From the NCBI RefSeq assembly GCF_001194135.2, contig NC_068993.1:25861432-25925431 (forward strand): 64,000 nucleotides of DNA, in the 5' to 3' direction. This document shows, piece after piece, positions 1 to 13,060 of the stretch; position 1 is the stretch's first letter, and every line of letters begins with the position of its first letter. The position numbers and the translations under genes were made by a program. This DNA is from Octopus bimaculoides. Its lineage: Eukaryota. The notes beneath the pieces were generated by a model that searched no databases, was not told where the DNA came from, and saw nothing but the letters and a program-made list of their open reading frames with translations.

Positions 1-681
1 CAATGAGTCCAGATTTGCTGTATTTTCTGACTGCAGTCAAGTGTGGGTCTGAAGATTCTGTGATCAAGAATTTGATTTGAAAAGATTGCAGCCAACAATG
101 AAACATGGCAACTATTCTGTGATGGTCTGCAGAGCAATTTGGAGCAATTGTCAGTCAGAGCTGGTGGAGTGTGAGGGAAACATAAACTCAGATAAATGTG
201 TCCATATTGCAGAAAGGACTCCTTCCAATCTTCTCCAGTGGTAAAATGATTAAAGAAGGTTCTTTATTTATGGAAGATGGGGCTCCTTGCCACATAGCTA
301 AAATGACCCAAGATCTGTTGGATGAGAATGGCATTAAAAAGCTTCCATGGCCAAGTCAGTCACCAGATATGAACCTTATTGAACACTTCTAGGGCATAAT
401 AGACAGGACACTTCATAAAAAGAACAAGAAAGCATCCTCAAAGCCAGATCTTTTGAGATTATTGCATGAAACTTGGCAAGAAATTCCTCGAGAGAATATT
501 CGTCATCTAATCAGTAACATGCCTAATAGGGTCCTTGCACTGAAAAATGCAAGGGGCATGTCTACTAAATATTAAATATTCACATTATAATGATTAATAA
601 ATAATTTGAATGTACAATTTCAGATTTAAATAAATTTTAACGATTATAAGAGTGTCAATATACTTCTGTCATATCTGTGTA
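1..681 (+). mobile_element. Tc1-family (DD34E) DNA transposon, 3' part with degenerate transposase
   Basis: ORF 198-392 reads FMEDGAPCH...WPSQSPDMNLIE, with 34 residues between D and E. A TAG replaces Trp at 390-392. The frame continues ...LHETWQEIPRENIRHLISNMPNRVLALKNARGMSTKY* to 575. A Tc1-like end followed by TA lies near 680. Confidence 0.9.
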
Positions 682-1057
682 TATTTTAAACCACACCACC
701 ATCTATACATTACCTTCTCCACCTCAGCAATTCAAATGAGCTTGTTTATCATTGATCTCAATATTCTTGCAACCATTTACTCATTCCCTCCATGCCACCT
801 CCTCACCTGGTTTGTGTATGCATAAATTCAACTCACCTGGGTTTTGTTAGTAAATTTTATGAAACACTACTTCCTCCCCATTTGACACTTTCGCCCTTTT
901 CATTTTATCAAACAGTCCAACCCATGCAAGCATTGAAAATGGACAGTAAATGATGACAATGATGATTTTGTGAACTAAAGTAATATGAGAACTACTTTTT
1001 GCCAAAGCAGATCATCATTACCTCCTAGGATTCCAATATTTAACTATTCATGTTTAA

Positions 1058-1267
1058 CCCTTTAGTGATTAAACATCTGGCCAAAATATTTTACCTGCGT
1101 TATATTCAAACTGGCCAAATCTGGTTCCTCACACCTATCTTACAATGTCAATTTAAAAATAAATTACTCCATCAAAATCTTGAAGATATGGGATAATGCA
1201 TGATTAATTCAAAACAATGTGAATAAATAAGCATTATATCTAACAGAATAATCTGAATTCTAAAGGG
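1058..1267. mobile_element. piggyBac-type MITE, about 210 bp
   Basis: TTAA at 1054-1057, then CCCTTTAG...CTAAAGGG, then CTAA (mutated TTAA). An opposite-orientation relative starts at 36757. Confidence 0.75.
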
Positions 1268-1289
1268 CTAAAGTATAGCATATTACCCT

Positions 1290-1830
1290 TATTCAAGATG
1301 TCTGAAAGTGGTCACCAAGTGGAAGTGAATGCAGTAATGCAAAAAGGACTGATAAAAGAATAACATCAAATGTTAAACTTGATGTTTGACAATGGTTTGA
1401 TGTTGAAGAAAATCTCAGCCATATTGCAAAAATATAAACGCTTGCAATGTTTACGGAAAATAGATATAAAATTTAGGTCAAGTGGCCAAGCAGGGATTCA
1501 GTAAAGTGACCTGGACTTTTTTCTTTTAAATCTGGAATGATGCCTTAAAATGGAACACCTCCCAAGTGTGTTATTCAAATAATCAAGACTAAATTTGCTG
1601 ATAAATACAAGTCATTCGGGTGAAAGCTGAGTTGGTATGAGAATTTAAGGAAAGATGAAAGTGCTATTAAAGGCTGATCTGAAAAATTTAAGGACAACTT
1701 TAAAATGACAAGTGAAGCTGACAGTGCTGCTATTAATTCTCCTAAGGATTTGAAGAAAATTTGTTGCTGATGAGGACTATACTCCTGAACAAGTATACAA
1801 TGTTGAAGAACATGTCTCCCAGGACTTAAA
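1290..1830 (+). mobile_element. Tigger/pogo transposase relic
   Basis: Translated fragments AIKG*SEKFK (cf. ASKGWFEKFK), FKMTSEADSA (cf. GEAASAD) and DEDYTPEQVYNVEE (cf. YTPEQVYNADET). Many stops. Confidence 0.65.
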
Positions 1831-2869
1831 TTTATAATGAAGAAAAATTATCATCAGGCTTTCCAAAAACCACCTCAAACTTCTTGTAGGTGATATTGCT
1901 GTTGGTGATATGAAATTAGAGTTCTGAAATGTGTATCACTTCCAAAATTATGTTACGTTCAATCCACCTGCAATTTGGCATTCAAATAGGAAAGTAAGTT
2001 TCATGTTAGGACAAAATTTTCAGGAACATGAAATCTTGTTGGGTGAAAGAATGCTTGCAGCTGCTTTTTAAAAGTTATGAAAAAGATTCAGGCTGGGAAA
2101 TCTGTAAGTGGTTAATTATTAGGAATAGTTTGGTTCTTTGGTTTCAGTATGCTATATTCTTTTATTCTATATTCTTTATGTAGATGGTCAATATTAGGAT
2201 TACATTCAGAAAATTATTCAATTTTTAATGAGGAATTTTGAAAAGAAAAAATTATTTTCTAATCACATAACCATTATTAATGACTCATATTTGACAAAAT
2301 ATTTTCTTTTTTAATTTTCTTATCAACAATAATTAATATAATAATGTATATTGATTTTTCACTAAATTACTGTAACTATTATATTTCATTGACATATTTA
2401 ATTCCTGGTATAAATCTTGATCTCTACTTTAATATATTTATTGTTATTTATATTAACTTTTGGAGAGAAAGACTGAAGAACATGCTGTTCATATCAGAGA
2501 TAGGATGTTTAGATTAACTTCAATTGATGTTTAATTTGAATTCTTTAAGGTTCATTTTTAATAGGTAGATATTTGTGGAGATAATATATGTAGCATACAT
2601 GTGTATGTCAAGCAAGAAAGTATCAAAAAACAGGTTAAGTATGTACTTCCTAGTCAGGTCATTCAATATATAGTTACATAATATATTAATAAGTGTATTA
2701 CTACAGTACAAGTCAGTCAGTATGTAGTCCTCATGTATGACTTAGGAGAGTTCAGCACAACAGAAGGAAGAGACAATTGGCATTAGGAAACTGCTACCAG
2801 CAAAAGGAAGGTAGGGACCTCTAATCTGAATGGGCTCTTTCTTCTTAGCCTCTGATAATAACAAACACT

Positions 2870-4900
2870 TTTCCTCATCAACACTCAGCTGATTTAAAAC
2901 CATGTGGTTGCATCCATGCACCAGGCATTGACACTTTCTGAATTATGCCAAGATGAAACAATAAGATAAAAGATATGTTCTTGTCACCAGAACAGCTTTT
3001 ATTGCCGATGATTGTCGAACAAATCACCATTTTATCATCACAAACACAAAGATTAGCATTCTGGACAAACCATGAAACCAATACTCATTACCAGCTCAAA
3101 AAAATATAACATTTCAAAACTTGAAATTTCAGTCATTAGAGACAAATATGAAATTATGAAATATCATTGGTGGGACAGCAAAAAGTGTCATTAGTTTAAC
3201 CGAATAGAAGTTCCAAGTTCAGTTTAACAATGACAACAATGAAGTTCCTTAAAAATAATTACTATCAAAAATTCAAACACCAATGCCAAATCAAACTCAT
3301 GGAAATACAAAACCATTAGTACTACAAAAAGCAATGGAACTTAGAAACTATGCGGATGTCTGCAATTTAAAAACTTCTTTGGTAGAACAAAGCAAATGTT
3401 TTGTCAGTGGGTTACTTTCTAGCTGCAGACAACACCAACATCATAACAGAAAGAAAAGGTAATCTCTGATCCTGGAGGAAACATTTTCCTCTCATTGCTG
3501 AATCAGAAATGAACAACAGGTGTAGATTTCTTTAGAAACATCCCACATTGTCACAAACAGCAGCAGTGAATGAAAGTACAACCGTCATTTTAAAATGAAC
3601 AGCATGAAGTCTCCAAAACCAGAAACATTTTCCTTGAATTACTAAAACGTGGCAGACCTTTCAAAATCAGGCTTTTCATTGAAAAGATTTATGAGACTCA
3701 AACAAATTTCAAATGCAGTTATTATCACCTTGAAGAAAGATCAACAATCCTGTGTGAATTATTGTGGAAGCATTGCTCTCCATTACAAGAAAATTATTTG
3801 CACAAATCCTTCCAAATCATTTCCACATCATTGAAGAGAAAGTTCTTCCAAAATCTCAATGTGATTTTTGAGCCTCTCACAATACAATTAACATAATTTT
3901 GAGTGCAAGGCAACTGCAAGGGAAAGCAGAAAAAGAAGAAACCATACTTTTTGTCTTCTATGACTCAGACGGCGTACCAAGAAAGGCCATATGGATGGTT
4001 CTTCAACCTTTTGACTACCTCATTGATTCAAGTCCTGCATAAGTATAACAGGTTGTGTTTTGTATAAAAAAAAAATTTTTTGAACAATTCCCAGTTATAT
4101 GTAAATTGAAACTTACTCTTTTTTACATACACTTATATTCATTGTTAGTGCTTGTTGAACTTCTGAACAGTTCAGGTGTTGATATCAGATTATTTGTTGA
4201 AGATAAACATTTTAAATATGACCAGATTTCAATTTCTCAACTTTCTAACATCCAACACTTCTCAGGGCTTCAACACACAACTGACAAAATAGCATGTTGT
4301 CACTCATGTCAGGAACTCCAGAAATCAGTCAAAAACTTCACTAATACATTTGACTGTTTTGACCTAAGTGAATATTAAGAATGCTAAAATCCTTGTCCAA
4401 CCTTCTCCAGAGATTAATCTCCTTGATTTTAATATCACCATCTTCAGTACACCTCTCATTCAAGTAGGCCACTTTCCCTATCTTGGAAGTTTTCTTTCTA
4501 GCAAATATAGTTCTGGAAAGGATGTGGAACATGGAACTGGACCATCTGATTCAGTATTTAGAGAGCTAGTAAAACAAAGTTCTATTAAATAAAATTGATG
4601 GTTGTCAAGCTATCATTTCAATATTATACAGTCATGAATCATGAATTATATTGCTGGAACAAAACATCAAAAAACAAAAGAGGACTACATAGCTAATAAT
4701 GATGTCCTAGAAAAAGCCAACTGTCAAAACATAGAATTCATCTCATAAAATATTGGTTAGAATGGTCAGAGCATGTGGTTAGAATAAAATAAAAGAAATT
4801 TTCTCATCTCATTACCAAGACAAATTAAAAATCAACCCCCAAAATATCTGGAGTTGAGAGAAAAAGATGGGATACTGAAGCCTAGAACTATTCCAACTTG
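2870..4900 (+). mobile_element. RTE-clade LINE, degenerate (end of APE domain, RT and C-terminal region)
   Basis: Fragments WLHPCTRH*HF..KDMFLSPEQ (APE end), YCGSIAL, a CDF*ASHNTINIIF-like RT motif and FPYLGSFLSSKYSSGKDVEH, typical of RTE ORFs. Heavily frameshifted. Confidence 0.75.
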
Positions 4901-5229
4901 TATCACTCAATTACCATGAGAACTGACTGTTTTGAAGTAAAAAAAAAAAAGAAAATCTGAAGATCTAGCAACAGCTACTCTCTCCATTAATTCTTTCCTA
5001 CCATCTTTGGTCCTGCTTGTTTTGCATGAGTATTGGACTTCTCAATCTTCAGTACTTTCAGCAGAATCATGAGGAAACTGAAATTTTCTCTTTATTGAAA
5101 GAGGCAATTCTCAAGAACTTTGACTGATATAGTTAAAGTCAAACTACAGTAATTACAGGGAACTCAGTCAAATGCTTGCTCTGATAAAAATAGTAATAAA
5201 ATTTTCCTCACATTACATGGTCATCTTAA

Positions 5230-6060
5230 ACAAAAAATGTCACATTAGACCATATACTTTTGCATGCTACTAAAACCATGGCATTATCATGGCTAAAATG
5301 TCTTTTGTCATAAGTTTGCTCAATCAGGATTCGCTTGGAGTCAAACAGCCACAAAAACACGGGAGATAATTCCAAAATGCCACACAGGAGATGGAATGAT
5401 TGACTAAAATATTTAGTAAGGATCTGGGGTAAGACAAAGTCAGAATAAAAAGAGAAGGAGAGGCAAGTGTATAGACGTTGTTGTTAATTAGTTACAAGTC
5501 AGTTCAGTGAATAGGTATGATCCACAGATTTGGTATTCTGTTTTGTTACTTAGTTTATGGGAGAGGCAGAAATGTAAAGAGAAAGCTTAGTCAATGTAAA
5601 TTATGGTTTCAATATCAGGCACAAGGCCAGCAATTTCGGAGGAGTGGGTAAGTCAATTACATTGACCCCAATACTCAACTGGTACTTAATTTATCGACTG
5701 CAAAAGGATGAAAGGCAGAATTTGAACTCAGAACCAGGGGATTACGAAGACAATCATTTGTAGTGACTCTGAGGAATTTAGTTGTTTAATTTCTATATAG
5801 GGAGGTAAAAATGTAAGATTATTTCCTTGGTACTGTTGAATGAAGCTAAGTCATTATTTCCAAACTGGAACAAGTTTACAACGTCTCATTTCATGAAAGT
5901 GATGCAAACATGCAAAGAGATATCAGGCTTGTATATGAATGTCAGCAGTGTGCAGAATGATAAAAGAGAGTGAAGGATAGCACTGTCTGTGTTAGAATAT
6001 TGTGCTTAAAATAACAACAAGTAGGTCATTAATACTCTGGCAAAATGTGAGACAACTTGT
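5230..6060 (-). mobile_element. CR1/L2-like LINE 3' fragment, interrupted by a SINE
   Basis: Minus strand gives an SINDLL RT motif near 6030, similar in sequence to 8060-8080, plus a degenerate C-terminal stretch at 5230-5560. Confidence 0.45.
5605..5735 (-). mobile_element. tRNA-derived SINE, family A (about 220 bp consensus), partial
   Basis: Reverse complement of the recurring unit ...GAGTTCAAATTC (B box)...CATCCTTT..GTCGATAAAATAAGTACCAGTTGAG..GGGGTC..GCTGGCCTTGTGCC. Confidence 0.85.
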
Positions 6061-7835
6061 CTTAGACACCTCCCTCACAGAAAAAAAAACAACATTTTTT
6101 GTCTTTTTATGCAATAGTCAGAAGTGGAAAGGTACTTTTCACAATTTTCAGTGGGGTGTCAAGGACACCCACCTAAAGAATGAAGTTACCCTCAACCCAG
6201 AGACCAAGCCTGAATTCTTACATATGAGTTAAACTCCAATAAAGGCATACAAGACGGTTGCCAAAATAGTGATATGAGAATCACAAACTAAATACTTATT
6301 CTTGTTGCATTAAATATGTTAACACTACCATAAAACTATAAGCATGGAATTTACTTTTGTTTCTAAAACATGACCAATATTTGAGAAAGAAAAGATATTT
6401 TATGTGGAGGTAGAAATATATTTGTAACTGATAGAAAGTTTCTTTTTTCTTACATTTATACACTCCATTTTTATTGATAGGTGCAAAGACAATAGTAATA
6501 TAATAGACAAACCCTACCTCAAGCTACTGAATAAAGTTGCAGCACCAGCACAATAGTTTAGTTATAGTCTTAACAAACCACAAGATACCTTAGAAAATTA
6601 ACAAAAGTCAATTAGCCCTTTGTGAGCAATCAGTTTTTATTTGTTTCTCCCACTTTACACTGTCACTTTCCATTAACAATTGCTCGTTTCTGAATTTTTC
6701 TTCTCCTTTGGGGGTTTTAACACTTGTATCTGAATATCTTCTTTTATTACCCAACAAATATGTTTGTTTCCATACATCTTATCCGAGTTATTTAGTCTAT
6801 ATCTGATTCTATCTTATTTCGTTATTAATTTATTTCTTACCAAAATAACTTGTATTTATCTAATATTTCAATTTCTGCAAATTGTTCGCTTTCTGTCTGA
6901 TAGTGTTCACTAACCTCTAGATTCTTCCAATATTTTCTTTAACTCTACCCTAATATAAAATTACTGTTAAAGTAGCAATATTTATTCAAGATAATCTAGA
7001 GAGAAGTACTCATCAATCAATGCAATATTTTACAGTAAAAAAGTTCTCTTTTTAAAATAATGACCAGAAAAATAAAGGAATAGGTCATGAAAATAGATAA
7101 CAAGTGAATATTGTATTCATTAGAATTTACTTCAGAGAGATATCACTCTAAAATATTAAAATTATTTCAATAAGGCATTGGGGAGGTCTTCTATAAGGTA
7201 TGAATGATTCTAATCATATATTTTTTTTTTAAAGAGTGAGAGAGAGAGAGAGAGAGAATGGTGCCTTATGCTTGACTTTCTACAAATGAACTGTAACATT
7301 TTCTCTGCAACAGTGTCAGGGATATCCGATTTTTATCCTCTCTATTTCAGGTAAAATGCTCCAGTTTCACTGTCACCTGTAGTCTTTTAACTATTCAGCT
7401 TAGTCACTCTTATCAACACCATTCTACCCATAACCATTCTGTCCTTTATTCAGATGTAAAATATCTAGGATTACAGAACCCAATATGCTCACTGTTTTTT
7501 AAGATGGTAAATATGACTTTGGGAGATGTTGCTACTATTTCTAGCAGGAGTGACCATAAATGTTTCCCTGTTTGATGTTAAGGCTTTGTTATCAGCCCAT
7601 ACAAAACAATATTGATCTGATATTTCTCTTATTGAACTTTTTTACAAATTACTGATTAACTATTTGCTCTCTTTTAATGTAAGTATCAGATTAATTAGCT
7701 TTAATTCTTGGGAGACTTTTATGTAGATATTTAGTCCAGCTTGAAAGCAACTTTGTAAAAAGTAACCAATCAAACTTCTTCTTTTAAGCAGCAACAAAGA
7801 AGTAAGTCTCTCCTTGATTGTAGCTCATATTGCCA

Positions 7836-7990
7836 TCAAATTTTGGTACAAGGCCAGCTATTTCAGGGGAGGAGGCTAGTCGATTACAACGACCCCAGTG
7901 CTCAACTGGTACTTATTTTAGTGACTCTGAAAGGGTTGAAAGGTAAAGTTGACCTCAGTGGAATTTGAACTCAGGGTGTAAACATATAGA
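7836..7990 (-). mobile_element. SINE family A
   Basis: Same consensus as 5605-5735. Confidence 0.85.
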
Positions 7991-7994
7991 AACA

Positions 7995-8600
7995 AATTTT
8001 CTTGAATGCTCAGAAAGTTGAGTGATATCATCTATATTGAAGTGGGCATTGGTAAAGGTAATAACAAGTAGGCCATTAATGTATTAAGGAAGGGTGTGAA
8101 ATAAAGCCAAACTGCAGGAGTATGTCAGAGAGTGAGAGATCTCTGTCAGCACACAATGCAATGTTACTATCTGACAGGAAGCCATCGATCCAATGATGAG
8201 AGGGTGATGAAGTCTGTAAGCAGATAATTTTGCTAGGAGATTTATAATGCCAGATATAGTCAAATACTTTGTTGATGCCAAGTTTTCCAAGTGCCACAGC
8301 ATTGTTTTCATCAAATTTCTTGATGGTTAGAGCCCACTGATGAGTAACATTGGAAAGCAGGTTTCCAGCAAATCTGGCTCAACAAAAGTTGTACTGTTGG
8401 CTATCAGGGAATGAGAGAGATTCAAGGTATTTGAAAATGTGGCTGTAAACAAAGCATGCACAGCACTGAATTGGATGCAAAATGAAAGCAAATGTGGAGG
8501 CAGTTCTGCTTACATAACCATCATGATTGGACAGTAGAAGAAAGAAGTATTCCTCAAAGTGGCTAAATATTCTTTGGGAAACAATTCACATTCTCACATT
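7995..8600 (-). mobile_element. CR1/Jockey-like LINE reverse-transcriptase fragment
   Basis: Minus ORFs 8076-8314 give ...ALGKLGINKVFDYIWH..HHWIDGFLSDSNIALC, a degenerate form of LDISKAFDRVWH..WIxSFLSDRSIAV. It is preceded by VTHQWAL. Confidence 0.75.
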
Positions 8601-9298
8601 GAATTCACTTATACAGATCTTTTCAAATGGTTTGTCATTCACAATCATTGATATATATGATGGAAATATTAAAATATTGCACTTAAATATATTGTAATAA
8701 TGTCATCAGATATAGAGTATATCAAATAATTGGCTTTACTTGGATTAATATTAAAAGATAATTCAAATTGTTACAGAAACACCATTGCAATATCTTTAGT
8801 CTTAGAGAAGTAGGCACAAAGCCAGGTATTTATAGGGTTGGTGAAATTATGTGATTTTTATTTTCAGAAATGGTCTATTAAAATATGTGTGGGAAGAGAA
8901 ATTGCAATCAAAACTGTTTTGCATACTTGACTCACTGCGAACATGCAATAATTCCAATTAATTGATGTAACTCTATTTGTATGCGATTATATTGAACAAT
9001 TTTTTTAACATTCTGAACCACAACAAAACACTGCAGGAGGGGACTTTTACAAAGTTATTCAACACACTAGAAATAACAAGTAAATCTTTCTCAAATTACA
9101 ACTTACCATTTAATAAAAAAATAAACAAATATGGAATCGTTATGGCTTGAAAATATTTGATCATAGATTTGCTTAGTCAGAGTTGACATAAAATGAAGCA
9201 ATAACAACCATAATTTCTTCAGATAAAGAAAGCTTGCAACAAAGAAGACTGAGAAGCAGAGTTGATAGAAGAACAATAAAAAAAATCGAGTTCCTTAC

Positions 9299-9427
9299 CA
9301 TTACAAGAATGTGGATTCCTGCTTTCTACATATCCAGCTACTGAACAGTTACATCTGTAAGATCCTGGAATGTTGATACAGCGCCCAGGACATGGCATAT
9401 TCTTTAAAGTTACGCATTCATCAATGT
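9299..9427 (-). CDS. Internal coding exon: one calcium-binding EGF-like (cbEGF) domain of an unidentified extracellular or membrane protein
   Basis: Acceptor ttttattttccacag|AC at 9428/9427 and donor G|gtaagg at 9299/9298. The exon is 129 bp, phase 1-1. Peptide (D)IDECVTLKNMPCPGRCINIPGSYRCNCSVAGYVESRNPHSCN has 6 Cys, the D-x-D-E-C Ca-binding start and the C-x-N-x4-Y-x-C hydroxylation consensus. Confidence 0.93.
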
Positions 9428-9964
9428 CTGTGGAAAAATAAAATGACGATGAAGTATTATTTTGGAGACCTACCAAATATCTTTCATACATCAAATAATA
9501 AAGCATGCCTCATGCAAATAATTTCCATTATTATCAACATCATTTGCAGAAGCAATAAGCATAGCAATAGTAGTAGCCTCAGTTCAGTATCTTTTACATG
9601 CTGATTTAAAATGGATAGATTTACCAGATAGATATCCTTCAGCTATTCCTTCTTGTCTTAGTTTCATATCTCTGCTGCTGAAATAGTTTTTATTGAACAA
9701 ATTATCACCATTATTACATGGTGCAGTGGAATCGATTCAATGATGCAATGAAGCATCTAGTTTGGTGCTTCATATTTCATCAGTCAAGTCCACTGGGAGT
9801 TAAAATTGTCTTGTATTTCTTCAGGATCAGTGAGTTGAGTAGCAAGAAACTAAAAACAATTCAGTTAATTAAAATGTTTTTCTTTCCAAAAACCATCTTA
9901 TTTAAAGCATAAAAATAAATCTTTTGTTATTGGTAGTTTTGTTATTTTCTTGTTTTATTAAGAA

Positions 9965-10330
9965 ATGTCTCACAGCATTTCTTCAATTTTTCTTCACATT
10001 CTGAATTCAATACAGCAGAGGTAAATTTCCCTCTCATCTTTTCAGGATCAATAAAATAAAGAACTAATAAAGTTGATGGTATTAACTAACCTCCTTCTGA
10101 AAATTTCAGGACTGGTGCCCATGTTAGAAACAATTATTATTACAAGGGGATTAGCTGGCAGAATTGTTTCAGTGTGAAGAAAAATGCCTTGCAGTATTTG
10201 TTCAGGCTGTAGTTGACTCAACTTTTATCCTTCTAGAGTCAATAAAACAGAGTACCAGTCAAATACTGGGGGCTGATAGGATTAACTAAACCCCCTCCCT
10301 TCAAAACTGCCAGCCTAAATTAAAAACTAT
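9965..10330 (+). mobile_element. Two degenerate SINE family A copies in tandem
   Basis: AGCTGGCAGAA head at about 10150 and AGTACCAGTC..CTGGGG core; (ATT)n tails. Confidence 0.7.
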
Positions 10331-10399
10331 TATTACTGATGCTGTTGCTGTTAACATTATTATTTCTGGTAGAGGTACCAGGGCATGTAGCTGGTTCAG

Positions 10400-10880
10400 G
10401 ATAAACTCTTCAGAAAAAGTAGCCCAGTCAGCCAGGTCTGATTGAAATATGAACAAGGTGCCAAGATATTGCACATGTGTTGTTCAGTCACCAAGTATTT
10501 CTAACTTGTGAAGTTATGTTAAACAGCTTTTGTTCCATGTAGGACAGATCTGGTTATCAGCCAAGTCTACCATGAAGATAGTCTCACTGTTTTCGCAATG
10601 AGGAAGAGTAGGTAGTTTTCCTTTGTCTGGTGACCATGACATGAAAAATTAAGACGAACATTTTCTTCAGCCAAGCCCTTATTACTGGGAGAGAAAGATA
10701 AAAGGTGAAAGGGAAGAGTTGTTTTCCTTTGAATTTGCAGAAAAATGGATGTTTCAGAGTATTCTAGTACTTATATGAGATTTCTTTATTGATTCTAGTT
10801 TCAGAGTAGCCCAGGATTTAAGAGACATTGATTGCTTAAAGATGGTTATCCTATTATTGGGACCAGAATCATTACAGTGT
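10400..10880 (-). mobile_element. Possible CR1-like LINE endonuclease fragment
   Basis: A degenerate LGD*TTH motif (cf. LGDFNAH) on the minus strand near 10490. Otherwise weak. Confidence 0.3.
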
Positions 10881-10889
10881 TGGTTAAAA

Positions 10890-11360
10890 ATACCATGCGA
10901 TGCTTCTGCCTCTTCACATTCTTAGTTCAACTCTTGCCATAATCAATATTTTCTTTCATTTTGTCAGTCTTTAAATTCTGAGTTCAAATTCTTCTGGGGT
11001 TCACTTTGCCTGTCATTCTTTTGGAGTTGATAAAATAAGTACCAGTTGAGCACTGGGGTCAATGTAATTCACTTACCTCATTCCTGTAATTGTTGGTCTT
11101 GTACCAAAATTTGAAACCATTATTAAAAAGCTATTTAAGCTTTGACAGTCATAAGCGTCTTGCTCAAATTTTGGCATGAGTCCAACAACTTCAGGAAGTG
11201 GATAAGTTGATTACATCAATTCCAATGTTCAACCGGTACTTATCCAAAAGGATGAAAGGCAAAGTCGACCTTGATACAATTGGAACCCAAAACATAAAGA
11301 CAGATTAAATGCTGCTAAGCATCTTGCTTGGAATACTAATGATTTTGCCTGCTCACCACC
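10890..11360. mobile_element. Tail-to-tail pair of SINE family A copies (about 10890-11120 on +, about 11160-11360 on -)
   Basis: Both match the family A consensus, in opposite orientations about 40 bp apart. Confidence 0.8.
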
Positions 11361-11564
11361 TCTCAATAGTATTGATAATTTATTCCACTTGGATGGGAAA
11401 AGAAACAACCAGCATAATACAAGCGTTTTTATTAAACCTGATGCGAATAATGTTACATCCAACAATTTGAAATGGGTAAACACTGAATCAGATACCCTTG
11501 ATTTATTTCATTTTTCTATGCAAGAAACTATTGAGCTAGATGCCTTTTTACCTCTTTTACTATT

Positions 11565-11930
11565 TTCTTTGTTTTAGTCATTAGATTGTGGTCATGCTGG
11601 GGCACCACTTTAAGGAATCTTAGTCGAATAAATTGACCCTAGTACTTATTCTTTTTTATTTTTCTTAAGCATGTTGCTTATTCTACCAATCCCTTTCGCC
11701 AAACCACTAAATTACAGAAGTGTAAATACACCAACACTAGCTGTCAAGCAGTGGTGGTAGACAGCCATAGACACACACATACACATGCAACAGGCTTCTT
11801 TAAGTTTCCATCGACCAAATCCACTTCCAAGGATTTGGTCAGAAAACACTTGACCAAGGTGCTATGCAGTGGAACTGAACCTGGATCCATGTGGTTGTGA
11901 AGCAGACTTCATACCACACAGCCACATTTG
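11565..11930 (-). mobile_element. tRNA-derived SINE, family B (about 370 bp, MetaSINE-like central domain)
   Basis: Reverse complement of the unit best preserved at 44045-44420. Confidence 0.8.
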
Positions 11931-12291
11931 CATAGGAGAAAAAAAAACAATAATTTGTGATTTCCAGGGTTTTTTTTAAATACCCCAGTAGCAAAAGAAA
12001 GATTTGCCACAAAGAATCAAAACCTGCTCAGAAATCTGTTTGCTAACAACCGACCACATCACCTGCTCCAATCAAAACCAGTAGAGTAACTAGTGGGGTG
12101 GAGGTGAAGGGAACAGCCTGCCCTAGGTGTTGTTTTTATGGAGTAGCACTTTTAGATCTTCTGTAGAAGTTTATATAGGTGCAGGGGGGGAAAGGTGTTG
12201 ATGCCCCAGGCAGCACGCACTCTAGCTACACCATTGATCAAAACAATTGATATATATAGTTTTATACATAAGTTTATAGAAGAATATTTAT

Positions 12292-12478
12292 TTCAAATTT
12301 TGGCACAAGGCCAGCAATTTCAGGGGAGGAGATAGGCTGATTATATTGACCCCAGTGACCAACTGGTAGTTATGTTAGCAACCTGGAAAGGAAGATAATC
12401 TTGGAAGAACATAAAGATGAATAAAATGCCACTAAGCATTTTGTTCAGTATGCTAATGATCCAGCCAGCTCACCACCT

Positions 12479-12549
<71 letters not shown>

Positions 12550-13060
12550 ATGGTTTCGAATTTTGCCACAAGGGCAGCAATTTTTGGGGAAGGGATGAGT
12601 CGATTACATCAACCCCAATATTCAACTGAAAGGATGAACAGCAAACTCAACCTTGGCAGAATTTGAACTTAGAACGTAGCGACAGGTAAAATACCACTAA
12701 GCAGCTAATGATTCTGCCAACTCACCACCTTAATAATAATAATGATGATGATAATAATGATAATAATAGTAGCTTCAAATTTTGGCACAAAGCCAGCAAT
12801 TTTAGTGGGAGGGGCTAAGTCAACATCAACCCCAGTGCTCAACTGGTACTTATTTTATCAACCATAAAAGGTAAAGTTGAGCCCAGTGGTATTTGAACTC
12901 AATAATGAAAATAATAATAACGATAATAATTCTTTCTTCCATAGTAGAATAAAAGGCAAAGTTGACCTTGGTGGCCTTTGAAGTCAGAACATAAAGACGG
13001 ATGAAATGCTGCTAAGCATTTTGTCCAGTGTGGTTACAATTCTGCCGGCTCGTTACCCTT
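12292..13060 (-). mobile_element. Chain of four SINE family A copies separated by (AGT)n/(AAT)n tracts
   Basis: Units start near 12292, 12550, 12773 and 12950, all in the same orientation. Confidence 0.85.
12479..12548. repeat. (AGT)n microsatellite, representative of many SSRs
   Basis: Other tracts include (GAT)n 19425-19482, (GATA)n 21390-21438, (TATG)n 43275-43450, (AAT)n(AGA)n 54710-54846 and (GT)n 37390-37460. Confidence 0.97.

Noticed and set aside
1766-1800. CTGATGA-GGA..TCC hammerhead-like string
   Set aside because: Followed by TGAAC rather than GAAA, and explained by Tigger coding sequence (DEDYTPEQ).
8335-8370. CTGATGAG..GGAAAG hammerhead-like string
   Set aside because: No stem II pairing; it is the antisense of the LINE RT motif VTHQW.
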